NCBI GenBank assembly: GCA_947625965.1
Contig: CANQQO010000001.1
Coordinates: 60,596 to 124,595 of the forward strand
Length of the DNA stretch: 64,000 bases
Direction of reading: 5' to 3'
DNA from: an uncultured Oscillospiraceae bacterium
Lineage (GTDB): Bacteria > Bacillota > Clostridia > Oscillospirales > Oscillospiraceae
Position numbers and translations under genes: made by a program. Below the pieces are notes generated by a model. It was not told the DNA's origin. It saw only the letters and a program-made list of their open reading frames with translations, and searched no databases. Positions 9,194-17,108 of the stretch are shown piece by piece (within the stretch, counting starts at the first letter, position 1; each line of letters starts with the position of its first letter).

Positions 9194-10204
9194 TCAGTCC
9201 TGGGCCAGGAATTTTTCCCCGCATTTGGGGCAGGTGATCTTGATTCGCCCCTTTCCTTTAGGCACCCGGAGGGCGGCCCGGCACCTGGGACAGGTAAAGA
9301 AATTGTAGTTGGGGTCCGGGGGCGGGGCGTCGTTTTTCGGGGGTTTGGGGGCCTTCGGCCCCTTGGAAGCGCCCTGGAATTGGGGCAGCCGGAACAGGGG
9401 ACGGTTGGGGAACCGGCCCATGACCATCTCCTGCCAGATAAAGGTGTAGAGGAAAAAGAGATCCAGCGGCAGCAGGACCAGCAGAAGGGCGTGCCACGCC
9501 CCCACCAGGGAAATGGTGACGAGATTGGCGATCAGCGGGATCATCGTCCCCGCCAGGGCCCAGGACCGGGCGTTGGCCTTGGCGGCGTCCACCTCCTGGG
9601 GGGCGGGGATGCCCTGGTCGGTGTATTTCCGGTACTTGGGCTTGACATAGAGGACCAGGAGCAGGCACACGAAGCACAGGGTCACAGGCGCGGCCTGCAA
9701 AAGCAGAATGGCCACGGCAAGCAGCAGGATCACCGCCGCGATGAGCAGGTATTTCCCAAACCAGCCGCCGCCGGAATGGCCGCTCCCCCCGGCGAAGGGG
9801 TTGGTCCGGGGCTTTTCGGGTTTTTCCTCCCTGGGGGCGGCTTTGGTATCCTTCAGGAGCAGCAGAAGGGCCGCTCCGCCGGCGTGATGGAGGGGACAGC
9901 CCTGGTCCACATGGCCCACGCAGCGGCCCGTTTCCAGCCTGGGATGGCTGTAGATCCGGCCGTTGGCCCCCACGTGGCCCACGCAGCGCTCCGTCTCGCC
10001 GTCAGGGTGGGAATAGATCTTGCCGTCGCCGCCCACGCGGCCCACGCAGCGCTCCGCCTGGGAATAGATCCTGCCGTCGCCGCCCACATGGCCGGCGCGG
10101 TAACCCGCCTCCGCATCGGGGTGGGAGTAGATGCTCCCGTCCGGGCCGGTGTGGCCAACACAGTGACCGGCTTCGGACTTGGGATGGTCGTAGACCCGGC
10201 TCAT
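9194..10204 (-). CDS. membrane protein with N-terminal tandem Cys/His repeats and C-terminal zinc ribbon
   Basis: ATG at 10204 overlaps the patatin stop (ATGA). About five repeats of IYSHPxxExxxCVGHVGxxG, then multiple hydrophobic helices, then C-terminal CPRC...CPKC. Confidence 0.7.
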   Translation of the reverse strand: MSRVYDHPKSEAGHCVGHTGPDGSIYSHPDAEAGYRAGHVGGDGRIYSQAERCVGRVGGDGKIYSHPDGETERCVGHVGANGRIYSHPRLETGRCVGHVDQGCPLHHAGGAALLLLLKDTKAAPREEKPEKPRTNPFAGGSGHSGGGWFGKYLLIAAVILLLAVAILLLQAAPVTLCFVCLLLVLYVKPKYRKYTDQGIPAPQEVDAAKANARSWALAGTMIPLIANLVTISLVGAWHALLLVLLPLDLFFLYTFIWQEMVMGRFPNRPLFRLPQFQGASKGPKAPKPPKNDAPPPDPNYNFFTCPRCRAALRVPKGKGRIKITCPKCGEKFLAQD

Positions 10205-11055
10205 TCGCACGCCTCCTTTAAGTAGGTTTCCAGTTCGCCGAAGCGCTCCAGGGCGGTACGCCGGCCGATCTGGTAGACCCGTTCCAGCTCCCGGGGGTCC
10301 TTCTCCATGCTGCCGATCCTCAGGGCCTCCGGCGGGCGGAGGACGAAGACCTCTCCCCGGCGCTCCTTCTCCCGGATGGCGGCGGTGGCATGGTTGTAGC
10401 GGTCGTGGCGGTCCGCCATGGCCTCGATCATTTTGGGGTATTTCCGCAGAAGCACCCGGGCAACGGGGAGGAGTTCGTTGGGCTTTTTTACATAGTCCTC
10501 CGGCTGGGTCAGGACCACCACGTTCCCGGTGTACCCCAGGCTTTCAAAGTAGGACAGGGGAATGGAGTCGCTGATGCCTCCGTCCAAGAGCTTTTTCTCC
10601 CCGATCTCCACCACCCGGGACACCATGGGCATAGAGGCGGAGGCCCGCATCCAGAGGATATCCTCGTCGCCGCCGGTGTCGCAGCGGTGATACACGGGCC
10701 GGCCGGTCTCCACGTCGGTGCAGGTGACGTAGAAGGCCATGGGATCGGCCCGGAACGCGTCCGTATCGAAGAGATCCAGCTCCCTGGGCACGGTCCGGTA
10801 GCAGAATTCCACGTTGTACAGGTCCCCGGTGGTCAGCAGGGAGTGGAAGCCGCAGTACCGCCGGTCGCGGCAGAAGCGCTTGTTATAGCGCAGGGCCCGG
10901 CCGGGCTGATGGGATTTATAGTTGCATCCGAACACCGCCCCGGCGGAAACGCCGATGAGGCCGTCGAACACGACGCCTCGTTCCATAAAGACATCCAGGA
11001 CGCCGCAGGTGAACATTCCCCGCATAGCGCCCCCTTCCAGGATCAATCCCCGCAT
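10201..11055 (-). CDS. patatin-like phospholipase
   Basis: GGAMRG oxyanion motif, GVSAGA nucleophile elbow (GxSxG), and a DGG Asp motif further on. Confidence 0.9.
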   Translation of the reverse strand: MRGLILEGGAMRGMFTCGVLDVFMERGVVFDGLIGVSAGAVFGCNYKSHQPGRALRYNKRFCRDRRYCGFHSLLTTGDLYNVEFCYRTVPRELDLFDTDAFRADPMAFYVTCTDVETGRPVYHRCDTGGDEDILWMRASASMPMVSRVVEIGEKKLLDGGISDSIPLSYFESLGYTGNVVVLTQPEDYVKKPNELLPVARVLLRKYPKMIEAMADRHDRYNHATAAIREKERRGEVFVLRPPEALRIGSMEKDPRELERVYQIGRRTALERFGELETYLKEACE

Positions 11056-11390
11056 GGCGCATCCTTCCTTTCCTTGGGTGAGAGCAGGCCCTGGTCGATG
11101 AGGCCCAGCCGGAGGAATACGGGGTAGAGGTAGCTGGCCCCGAAGGTCCCCAGGGTCTTTGGACCGGGCACCGCTCCGGCGAGGGCCACGGTTTTACGGT
11201 ATGCCTGGTTCACGGTAGAACGTGTGATAGATTTTTCCTTCCGATCTACGAACAGCTCGTTTCCCCGGATGGAGTAGGAAAAGCGGAGCCCCTTGGCGGT
11301 GACGAACGTCGTTCCGGCCAGGGCTTTCAACCGCTCCCAGAGGGCATTCTCCTCGGGGGAATAGCCGCTGGTATCCGCGTATTTCGGCAT
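11043..11390 (-). CDS. hypothetical protein (115 aa), first gene of the patatin unit
   Basis: ORF with its own promoter upstream. Its 3' end overlaps the patatin start by 13 nt. No motif recognised. Confidence 0.6.
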   Translation of the reverse strand: MPKYADTSGYSPEENALWERLKALAGTTFVTAKGLRFSYSIRGNELFVDRKEKSITRSTVNQAYRKTVALAGAVPGPKTLGTFGASYLYPVFLRLGLIDQGLLSPKERKDAPCGD

Positions 11391-11416
11391 GATAAGGCCC
11401 CCTTTGTATTTTATCT

Positions 11417-11445
11417 ATTATGACACATCTCCGGCGAAAATGCAA
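11417..11445 (-). promoter_or_regulatory. sigma-A type promoter for the 115-aa/patatin/membrane unit
   Basis: Minus strand: TTGCAT (11445-11440), 17-nt spacer, TGtCATAAT (hexamer 11422-11417). Confidence 0.6.
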
Positions 11446-11493
11446 CTGTTTCCTTGCCCCCGCCCGCGTCGGGGGCCATGGCGTTCCACTGGA

Positions 11494-11525
11494 TAAAAAA
11501 GCGGCACAGCCGATGGCCATGCCGC
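11494..11525 (-). terminator. intrinsic terminator after the RHH gene
   Basis: Minus strand: GCGGCA...TGCCGC hairpin followed by TTTTTTAT. Confidence 0.6.
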
Positions 11526-11538
11526 GCGCGGTAAGGGT

Positions 11539-11718
11539 CTATTCTTCCTCCTCGGAGGCCATATTGTTCAGCGCATATTCGCAGGCTTGCAGCACAAAGC
11601 CGGAGAAGGTCACATCCCTGCCCGCGATGGCTTTTTCGATCCGCTCGATCAAGGGGACGGGAAAACGGATGGTCTTATTCTCCGATTCCTTTCGGTCAGG
11701 TTTGAGCTGAAATTTCAT
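11539..11718 (-). CDS. ribbon-helix-helix (Arc/CopG-like) small DNA-binding protein (59 aa)
   Basis: MKFQLKPDRKESENKTIRFPVPLIERIEKAIAG..FSGFVLQACEYAL follows the beta-strand/helix/helix RHH pattern. GGTGGTGAG RBS. Confidence 0.65.
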   Translation of the reverse strand: MKFQLKPDRKESENKTIRFPVPLIERIEKAIAGRDVTFSGFVLQACEYALNNMASEEEE

Positions 11719-11751
11719 AGTCTCACCACCAAATGCTTTTTCTCTGATTGT

Positions 11752-11815
11752 ATTGCAAAAAGTCACCGAATTATACATTGCAGATTATATGATTTATTGC
11801 ATTGCTTTTTGCAAT
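11752..11815. promoter_or_regulatory. perfect 11-bp inverted repeat pair in the divergent promoter region
   Basis: ATTGCAAAAAG at 11752-11762 and CTTTTTGCAAT at 11805-11815. The right arm overlaps the -35/spacer of the 11853 gene promoter. Confidence 0.45.
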
Positions 11816-11830
11816 ATGATGTGATATAAT
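11802..11830 (+). promoter_or_regulatory. sigma-A type promoter for the 190-aa gene
   Basis: TTGCTT (11802-11807), 17-nt spacer, TGaTATAAT (hexamer 11825-11830). Confidence 0.6.
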
Positions 11831-11852
11831 CAAGAAAAAAAGGAGGGATACC

Positions 11853-12425
11853 ATGTCGGATTCTTATACTGTCAGCTTTTTCGGCTCCTGGGAGCCCGAC
11901 GAGCAGCGCCGGGTGAAGCGGGAGATGAAGGACCAGCCCCCGGACCTCTTTCGCAGCGCGATGCTCGAGGCGGCCCGCCGTGATTCCGAGGCCGTCGACG
12001 CCTTGACCCGCCTGCTGGTGGAGCAGGTCCGCCAAGTGCTGGATACCCACAACTGCCATGTGGAATTTCTGGTGGACCGCAAGTCCAGCTTCGACTTCCT
12101 CGCCTCCTCCGCCGTCCGCCAGTTCCAGCGGGAGCGGGGCTTCGAAGACTTCTCCCTTGAGCTGATCGTGCCCTTCTCCCGGACCACCAGCCGGACCGTG
12201 GTGCCGGAATATCATGGGTATTACGACTGCGTGCTGATCTACCCCATTTCGCCCAGGGGCACCGACGCCAGACGGGACCGGGAGGTGCTGCGGAGGTCGG
12301 ACCTGGCGGTGTTCTATGTCCCCGAGCACAGCGGGGTCGCCTGGCAGGCCATGGAAAGCGCCAAGCGCATGGGCGTCCCCATCTGCGACCTGGAGGTGGG
12401 CATGGCGCGGGCGGGGAAACCGTGA
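11853..12425 (+). CDS. hypothetical protein, possibly SLOG/YpsA-like (DUF1273-like) Rossmannoid fold
   Basis: AAAGGAGGG RBS. Alternating strand/helix pattern (VSFFGS, EFLVD, LELIVPF, DLAVFYVPE..SG) resembles YpsA-type proteins. Assignment is by eye only. Confidence 0.55.
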   Translation: MSDSYTVSFFGSWEPDEQRRVKREMKDQPPDLFRSAMLEAARRDSEAVDALTRLLVEQVRQVLDTHNCHVEFLVDRKSSFDFLASSAVRQFQRERGFEDFSLELIVPFSRTTSRTVVPEYHGYYDCVLIYPISPRGTDARRDREVLRRSDLAVFYVPEHSGVAWQAMESAKRMGVPICDLEVGMARAGKP

Positions 12426-12550
12426 CCGGCAAGAAAAACGCTCCGGGACCCCAAAGGGTTCCCGGAGACGCTTTTTTGGGGCCGAGCGGCCACGTTCGGC
12501 TTTTGCGGAGAAAAACGGAAACCGGCATGGCGGAGACCGCCATGCCGGTT

Positions 12551-12751
12551 GCAGCTTGTCGAATCGCCTTTCCGAGTTTGCCGTCCGCAGACGGCAAACC
12601 CAATTCAATCATTTTTTGCCAGGGCGTGTACCTGGTAAAAAATACCTCTCAGGCTGAGAGTGTGCGAGCCGGGGGCCTTGCCCCGGCGAGTGCGCGGTTC
12701 AGCCTGCGATCCCCTCCAAATGGGAGCCCAGCAAAGCGGGTCCCATTTGGG
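12551..12751 (+). repeat. multi-hairpin intergenic repeat, copy A (forward orientation, lacks the last hairpin module)
   Basis: Contains TTTGCCGTCcgcaGACGGCAAA, GCCAGGgcgtgtaCCTGGT, the GCCGGGGGCcttGCCCCGGC stem and CCAAATGGGA...TCCCATTTGG. Flanked by identical 30-bp hairpins at 12521-12550 and 12754-12783. Confidence 0.85.
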
Positions 12752-12788
12752 GCACCGGCATGGCGGAGACCGCCATGCCGGTTGGTTT

Positions 12789-15197
12789 TCATTGTCTTAC
12801 ATAGTCCATGCAGATCCAGCCGTTGGATACGCGGCCCCACTGGACGCCGGATACCTCCGTGGTCTCCAGGACCACGACCTTGCTGCCGTAGTACAGATAG
12901 CCCACGATCTCGTTGCCTACGCCGGGGGCCTTCCGAACGTGGAGGGCGTCGGCGATCACCGTGCCGGTGATGGTCGCGGGGGCGGAAGGCTCAGTGGACC
13001 CCGTGCCGCCGCCGGACTCGCCGGTGGACCCGCCGTCAGTCCCGCCGCCGGAGCCGCCGCTCGCGGCGTCTAGCTGGATGTAGTCCATGCTGACCCAGCC
13101 CTTCTCCATCTTGCCCCAGAGGGTGCCGCCGGAGGACTTCGTCTCCGTGATGGTGACCTTGGTGTTGGGATTCAGATAGGCCACAATGGAATAGCTGGTG
13201 CCGGGGCCGCTGCGGACATTGAGATAGTCGCTGACCTTCACGGTGCCCGTCTGGGTCTTGGCCGGGTCCTCAGGGGCGGAGGCCGCGTCCAGCTTGACAT
13301 AGTCCAGGCTGATCCAGCCCTTGTCGATCTTGCCCCAGACCATGCTGCCAACGGTGGTCTGCTCCGTAATGGTGACCTTGGTCCCGTCGGTCAGGTAGCC
13401 CAGGATGGAATAGCTGGTGCCGGGACCGCTGCGAATCCGCAGGCTCCCCGCGTTCACCACAGTGCCGGTGACGGAGGCGCCGCCCTGGCTGCCCGTGTTG
13501 GTCCCGCCGCCGGAGGCCGCGTCCAGCTTGACATAGTCCAGGCTGATCCAGCCCTTATCGATCTTGCCCCAGACCATGCTGCCCGTGGTCTGCTGGGCCA
13601 GGATCTCCACCCGGTCCCCCGTGTTCAGGTAGCCCAGAACGGAATAGCCCGTGCTGGGGCCGCTGCGGATCCGCAGATCGTCGGTGATGACCGTGCCCAT
13701 GACCGTCTTGGGCTTCTCCGGCTCCGCGGGCTTGGTGGGCTCCGTCGGGTCCGTGACCGGGGGATCGGTGGGCTTGGTCGGTTCCTCGGGTTTCGTCTCT
13801 TCGGGTTTGGTTTCCTCCGGTTTTGTCTCTTCCGGCTTCGTCTCCTCGGGCTTGGTTTCCTCAGGCTTCGTCTCCTCGGGGACCGGCTCCTGAGAGGGCA
13901 GGGGACCGTCCAGCTTGACATAGTCCAGGCAGACCCAGCCGCTGCTGATCTTGCCCCAGAGGGCGCCGCCGGCGGACTGATGGTCCGTCACCTCCACCCG
14001 GTCCTGATAGGCCAGGTAGCCCACTACGGCGTTGCCCGTGCCCGGGCCGGAGCGGATGCAAAGACCGCTGGGCGCCGTCACCGTGCCCGTGACGCTCTTG
14101 GCGGGGGCGGGAGGGGTGGTCTCGCCGCCGCTGGGAGCGCCGTTGTAGACCTCGTCAAAATTGGTATAGGACAGGGCGATCCAGCCGTCGCTGAACTTGC
14201 CCCACTGGTAGCCGTCGGCCCGGTGGACGGCGGTGATGGTCAGCTTTTGGCCGTCATAGCCCTTGCCCACGATGCCGTAGTCCAGGCCGGGGCCCTCCCG
14301 CAGATTCACCCAATCGGCCTCGACGAGGACCTCCACCGGCGTTATAGCGGTGCCCTGGGGGACCGTTTCGCTGGTGTCGATGGCCCGGCCGTCCTGGGAC
14401 CAGTGGGCGTAGAGGGTGGCTTCCCGCTGGTTCTCGCCCAGCTCGGTGATCTTGGTGCCGCCGATGCGGGAGGAGTACCAGCCCTCAAACTGATATTCGA
14501 TGGTCACGCCGTTTTCGCTGACGATGTATGTAGCCTCGGCCATGGGCTCGGCCCCGGTGCCGGGCTCATAGCCCTGAACAGGGGCGTTGGAGGTGCCGCC
14601 GCAGGCGTTGTAGAACACGTAGCTGTACTGCTGGGGGGCGACATTGGAGTAGACCCCGTTGAGGTACATATTGGCCTCCTTCAGCCGCCGCTCTACCAGG
14701 CCCCGGTTGGGCAGGCCGCCGGCGTTGCACCACTGGGTGATCCAGTACAGGAAGGTGTTCCCCGTGGCTCCGCTGCGGACGGCGTCCCGGAAATTGCCCA
14801 CGCCGTTCAGATTGGTCCAGCCGTAGCCGCAGTTGTAGGTGAACAGCAGCAGGGCGTCGAACTGATTCTGGCTCAGGGAAAGGCCGCAGGCGTTGATAAA
14901 TTCGTTGAGACTCTCTTCAAAATCGGCCACATAGGTCCGCAGGAGCCAGTCCGCCTCCGCCTCGGTGATGCCGGTCTCCGCCAGGCGCTCGGCCTCGTCC
15001 TCGGGGACCCGGGAGCCGTAGCCCACGGACCACTGGGAGTAGTCCAGGTAGGGGTACTGGCAGAAGCCCTCCATCTCCTTGAGCAGGGCAATGCACTCCT
15101 CGCTGGTAGTCATATTGGATTCGGCCTTGGCCCGAGCGGGCGCCAGCCCCAAAAGCAGCACCATTGACAGCACGATGCACAGGATTCTTCGTTTCAT
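12789..15197 (-). CDS. secreted cell-wall hydrolase: GH24-type lysozyme, Listeria-Bacteroides-type repeat, multiple SH3b domains
   Basis: Signal peptide MKRRILCIVLSMVLLLGLAPARA. Phage-lysozyme-like EGFCQYPYLDYSQWSVGYG...FDALLLFTYNCG. Six copies of LNVRSGPG...WGK..GW..DYV (SH3b). Confidence 0.9.
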   Translation of the reverse strand: MKRRILCIVLSMVLLLGLAPARAKAESNMTTSEECIALLKEMEGFCQYPYLDYSQWSVGYGSRVPEDEAERLAETGITEAEADWLLRTYVADFEESLNEFINACGLSLSQNQFDALLLFTYNCGYGWTNLNGVGNFRDAVRSGATGNTFLYWITQWCNAGGLPNRGLVERRLKEANMYLNGVYSNVAPQQYSYVFYNACGGTSNAPVQGYEPGTGAEPMAEATYIVSENGVTIEYQFEGWYSSRIGGTKITELGENQREATLYAHWSQDGRAIDTSETVPQGTAITPVEVLVEADWVNLREGPGLDYGIVGKGYDGQKLTITAVHRADGYQWGKFSDGWIALSYTNFDEVYNGAPSGGETTPPAPAKSVTGTVTAPSGLCIRSGPGTGNAVVGYLAYQDRVEVTDHQSAGGALWGKISSGWVCLDYVKLDGPLPSQEPVPEETKPEETKPEETKPEETKPEETKPEETKPEEPTKPTDPPVTDPTEPTKPAEPEKPKTVMGTVITDDLRIRSGPSTGYSVLGYLNTGDRVEILAQQTTGSMVWGKIDKGWISLDYVKLDAASGGGTNTGSQGGASVTGTVVNAGSLRIRSGPGTSYSILGYLTDGTKVTITEQTTVGSMVWGKIDKGWISLDYVKLDAASAPEDPAKTQTGTVKVSDYLNVRSGPGTSYSIVAYLNPNTKVTITETKSSGGTLWGKMEKGWVSMDYIQLDAASGGSGGGTDGGSTGESGGGTGSTEPSAPATITGTVIADALHVRKAPGVGNEIVGYLYYGSKVVVLETTEVSGVQWGRVSNGWICMDYVRQ
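13782..13880 (-). repeat. 15-bp in-frame tandem repeat encoding (PEETK)x6 linker
   Basis: Protein reads PEETKPEETKPEETKPEETKPEETKPEETKPEE. Degenerate 15-nt units are visible in the DNA. Confidence 0.85.
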
Positions 15198-15425
15198 AGG
15201 AAAATGGGTCCTCGCTTTCGTGGTTTTCCCGTATTATACCAGACGCAATGAAAAAATGCAACCCCTGTTTCGTGAAAAAATTACACTTTGTTACTTATTT
15301 TTTCAAAAAAAGATTGGATATCCTGGAAAGAAACGGAAAATATCCCATTTTTTACCGGGCGGAACTCCTGGTTTCCATATTAAATTAACAAAAAAGTTAC
15401 ATTATTCGACAAAATGGGCCCCCGG

Positions 15426-15454
15426 TTGCATTTTGGGGGCGAATGTGTTAAAAT
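15426..15454 (+). promoter_or_regulatory. sigma-A type promoter for mnmA
   Basis: TTGCAT (15426-15431), 17-nt spacer, TGtTAAAAT (hexamer 15449-15454). Confidence 0.6.
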
Positions 15455-15483
15455 AAAGCCATATTCAAAAAGGGGGGGAGCCC

Positions 15484-16569
15484 ATGGAGAAAAAGAAGGC
15501 GCTCATTGCCATGAGCGGCGGCGTGGACAGCTCCGTGGCCGCCTATCTGACCCGGGAGGCCGGATACGACTGCCTGGGGGCCACCATGCGGCTCTACGCC
15601 AACGAGGACGCGGGAATACCCCGGGAGGGGACCTGCTGCACCCTGGAGGACGCGGAGGACGCCCGGGCCGTGGCCTACCGGCTGGGGATGCCCTTTTATG
15701 TGTTCAATTATCAGGAGGAGTTCCGGGAACGGGTCATGGAACCCTTCGTCCGGGACTACGAGGCGGGCCGGACCCCCAATCCCTGCATCGAGTGCAACCG
15801 CTGCCTGAAATTCGGGTCCCTGCTCCACCGGGCGGAGGTGCTGGGCTGCGACATCCTGGTCACCGGCCACTATGCCCGGGTCCGGCGGGAGGGGGAGCGG
15901 TGCCTGCTGTATAAGGCCGCCGACGGGAGCAAGGATCAGAGCTACGTCCTCTATATGCTGACCCAGGACCAACTGAAGCGCATCCGCTTTCCCCTGGGGG
16001 ACCTGACCAAGGACCAGACCCGCGCCATCGCCCTGGAGCAGGGCTTCGTCAACGCCCGGAAGCGGGACAGCCAGGACATCTGCTTCGTCCCCGACGGGGA
16101 CTATGTGGCCTTCCTGGAGCGCAGCACCGGCAAGCGGTATCCTTCCGGGGCCTTTTTGGACCTGGCGGGGGCTCCTGTGGGCCGCCACCGGGGAGCCGTG
16201 GCCTATACCCTGGGCCAGCGGAAGGGGCTGGGCCTGGCCATGGGGACCCCTGTGTACGTCTGCGCCAAGGACATGGAGAAAAACACGGTCACCGTGGGCC
16301 CGGAGGCGGCCCTTTTCCACCGGACCCTGGTGGCGGGGGACTGCAATTGGTTCCCCTTTGACGCCCTTCCGGGCCCCATCCGGGTCCAGGCCAAGGCCCG
16401 CTACCGGCAAAAGGAGGAGCCCGCCACCGTCTACCCCCTGGCCCAGGGCAGGATCCGGGTGGAATTTGACCGCCCCCAGCGGGCCATGACCCCGGGTCAG
16501 GCCGTGGTCCTCTACGACGGGGACCTGGTCGTCGGTGGCGGGACGATCTTGGAGGTCGAGCCGGACTGA
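15484..16569 (+). CDS. mnmA: tRNA 2-thiouridine(34) synthase
   Basis: [19 protein letters not shown]-loop, NPCIECN, SKDQSY motifs. Confidence 0.95.
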   Translation: MEKKKALIAMSGGVDSSVAAYLTREAGYDCLGATMRLYANEDAGIPREGTCCTLEDAEDARAVAYRLGMPFYVFNYQEEFRERVMEPFVRDYEAGRTPNPCIECNRCLKFGSLLHRAEVLGCDILVTGHYARVRREGERCLLYKAADGSKDQSYVLYMLTQDQLKRIRFPLGDLTKDQTRAIALEQGFVNARKRDSQDICFVPDGDYVAFLERSTGKRYPSGAFLDLAGAPVGRHRGAVAYTLGQRKGLGLAMGTPVYVCAKDMEKNTVTVGPEAALFHRTLVAGDCNWFPFDALPGPIRVQAKARYRQKEEPATVYPLAQGRIRVEFDRPQRAMTPGQAVVLYDGDLVVGGGTILEVEPD

Positions 16570-16648
16570 GGGCTTCCTGAAAACGCGCCTAGCGTGATCA
16601 TGGCGAGCGAAAGATAAAAATGGCTGAAAATCGGCATTTTCAGCGGAA

Positions 16649-16682
16649 ACGGCGTGGCTTAGGCCACGCCGTACTATTTTTT
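16649..16682 (+). terminator. intrinsic terminator after mnmA
   Basis: ACGGCGTGGCttagGCCACGCCGT followed by actaTTTTTT. The T-tract overlaps the last codons of convergent aroQ. Confidence 0.7.
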
Positions 16683-17108
16683 GAGATATTCCTTCAAAAA
16701 CCGAATGGCTTGGCAATAGCCCGCCAGTCCCTGGCCTTTGATGGTCTTGACGCAGGCCATGCCAGCGTAGGAGATCTGCCGGAAGGGCTCCCGGGCGTCC
16801 ACATCGGAGATGTGGACCTCCACCGCCGGGAGGGAGACCGCTTTCAGCGCGTCCAGGATCGCCACGGAGGTGTGGGTGTAGGCCCCGGGATTGATGACGA
16901 TGCCGTCAAATTTCCCGTAGGCGGCCTGGATGGCGTCCACCAGGGCCCCTTCGTGGTTGGACTGATACTGGGTGACCTCTACCCCCTCCTCCTTGGCCGT
17001 CTGTTCCAGCAGGGCCAGCAGGTCCGCGAAGCTGTTTTTTCCATAGATATTCGGCTCCCGGATCCCCAGCATATTGAGATTGGGACCGTTCAAAACCAGA
17101 ATTTTCAC
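16674..17108 (-). CDS. aroQ: type II 3-dehydroquinate dehydratase
   Basis: MKILVLNGPNLNMLGIREPNIYG...QSNHEG...INPGAYTHTS. Confidence 0.95.
   Translation of the reverse strand: MKILVLNGPNLNMLGIREPNIYGKNSFADLLALLEQTAKEEGVEVTQYQSNHEGALVDAIQAAYGKFDGIVINPGAYTHTSVAILDALKAVSLPAVEVHISDVDAREPFRQISYAGMACVKTIKGQGLAGYCQAIRFLKEYLKK

Noticed and set aside
9194-11390. The patatin unit as a CBASS-like or other known patatin-effector defence system
   Set aside because: There is no cyclase/nucleotidyltransferase, SAVED, STING, or any other sensor or signal-generating gene in the unit or nearby. The patatin protein looks like the common stand-alone Firmicute type. It is kept only as an uncharacterised coupled module.
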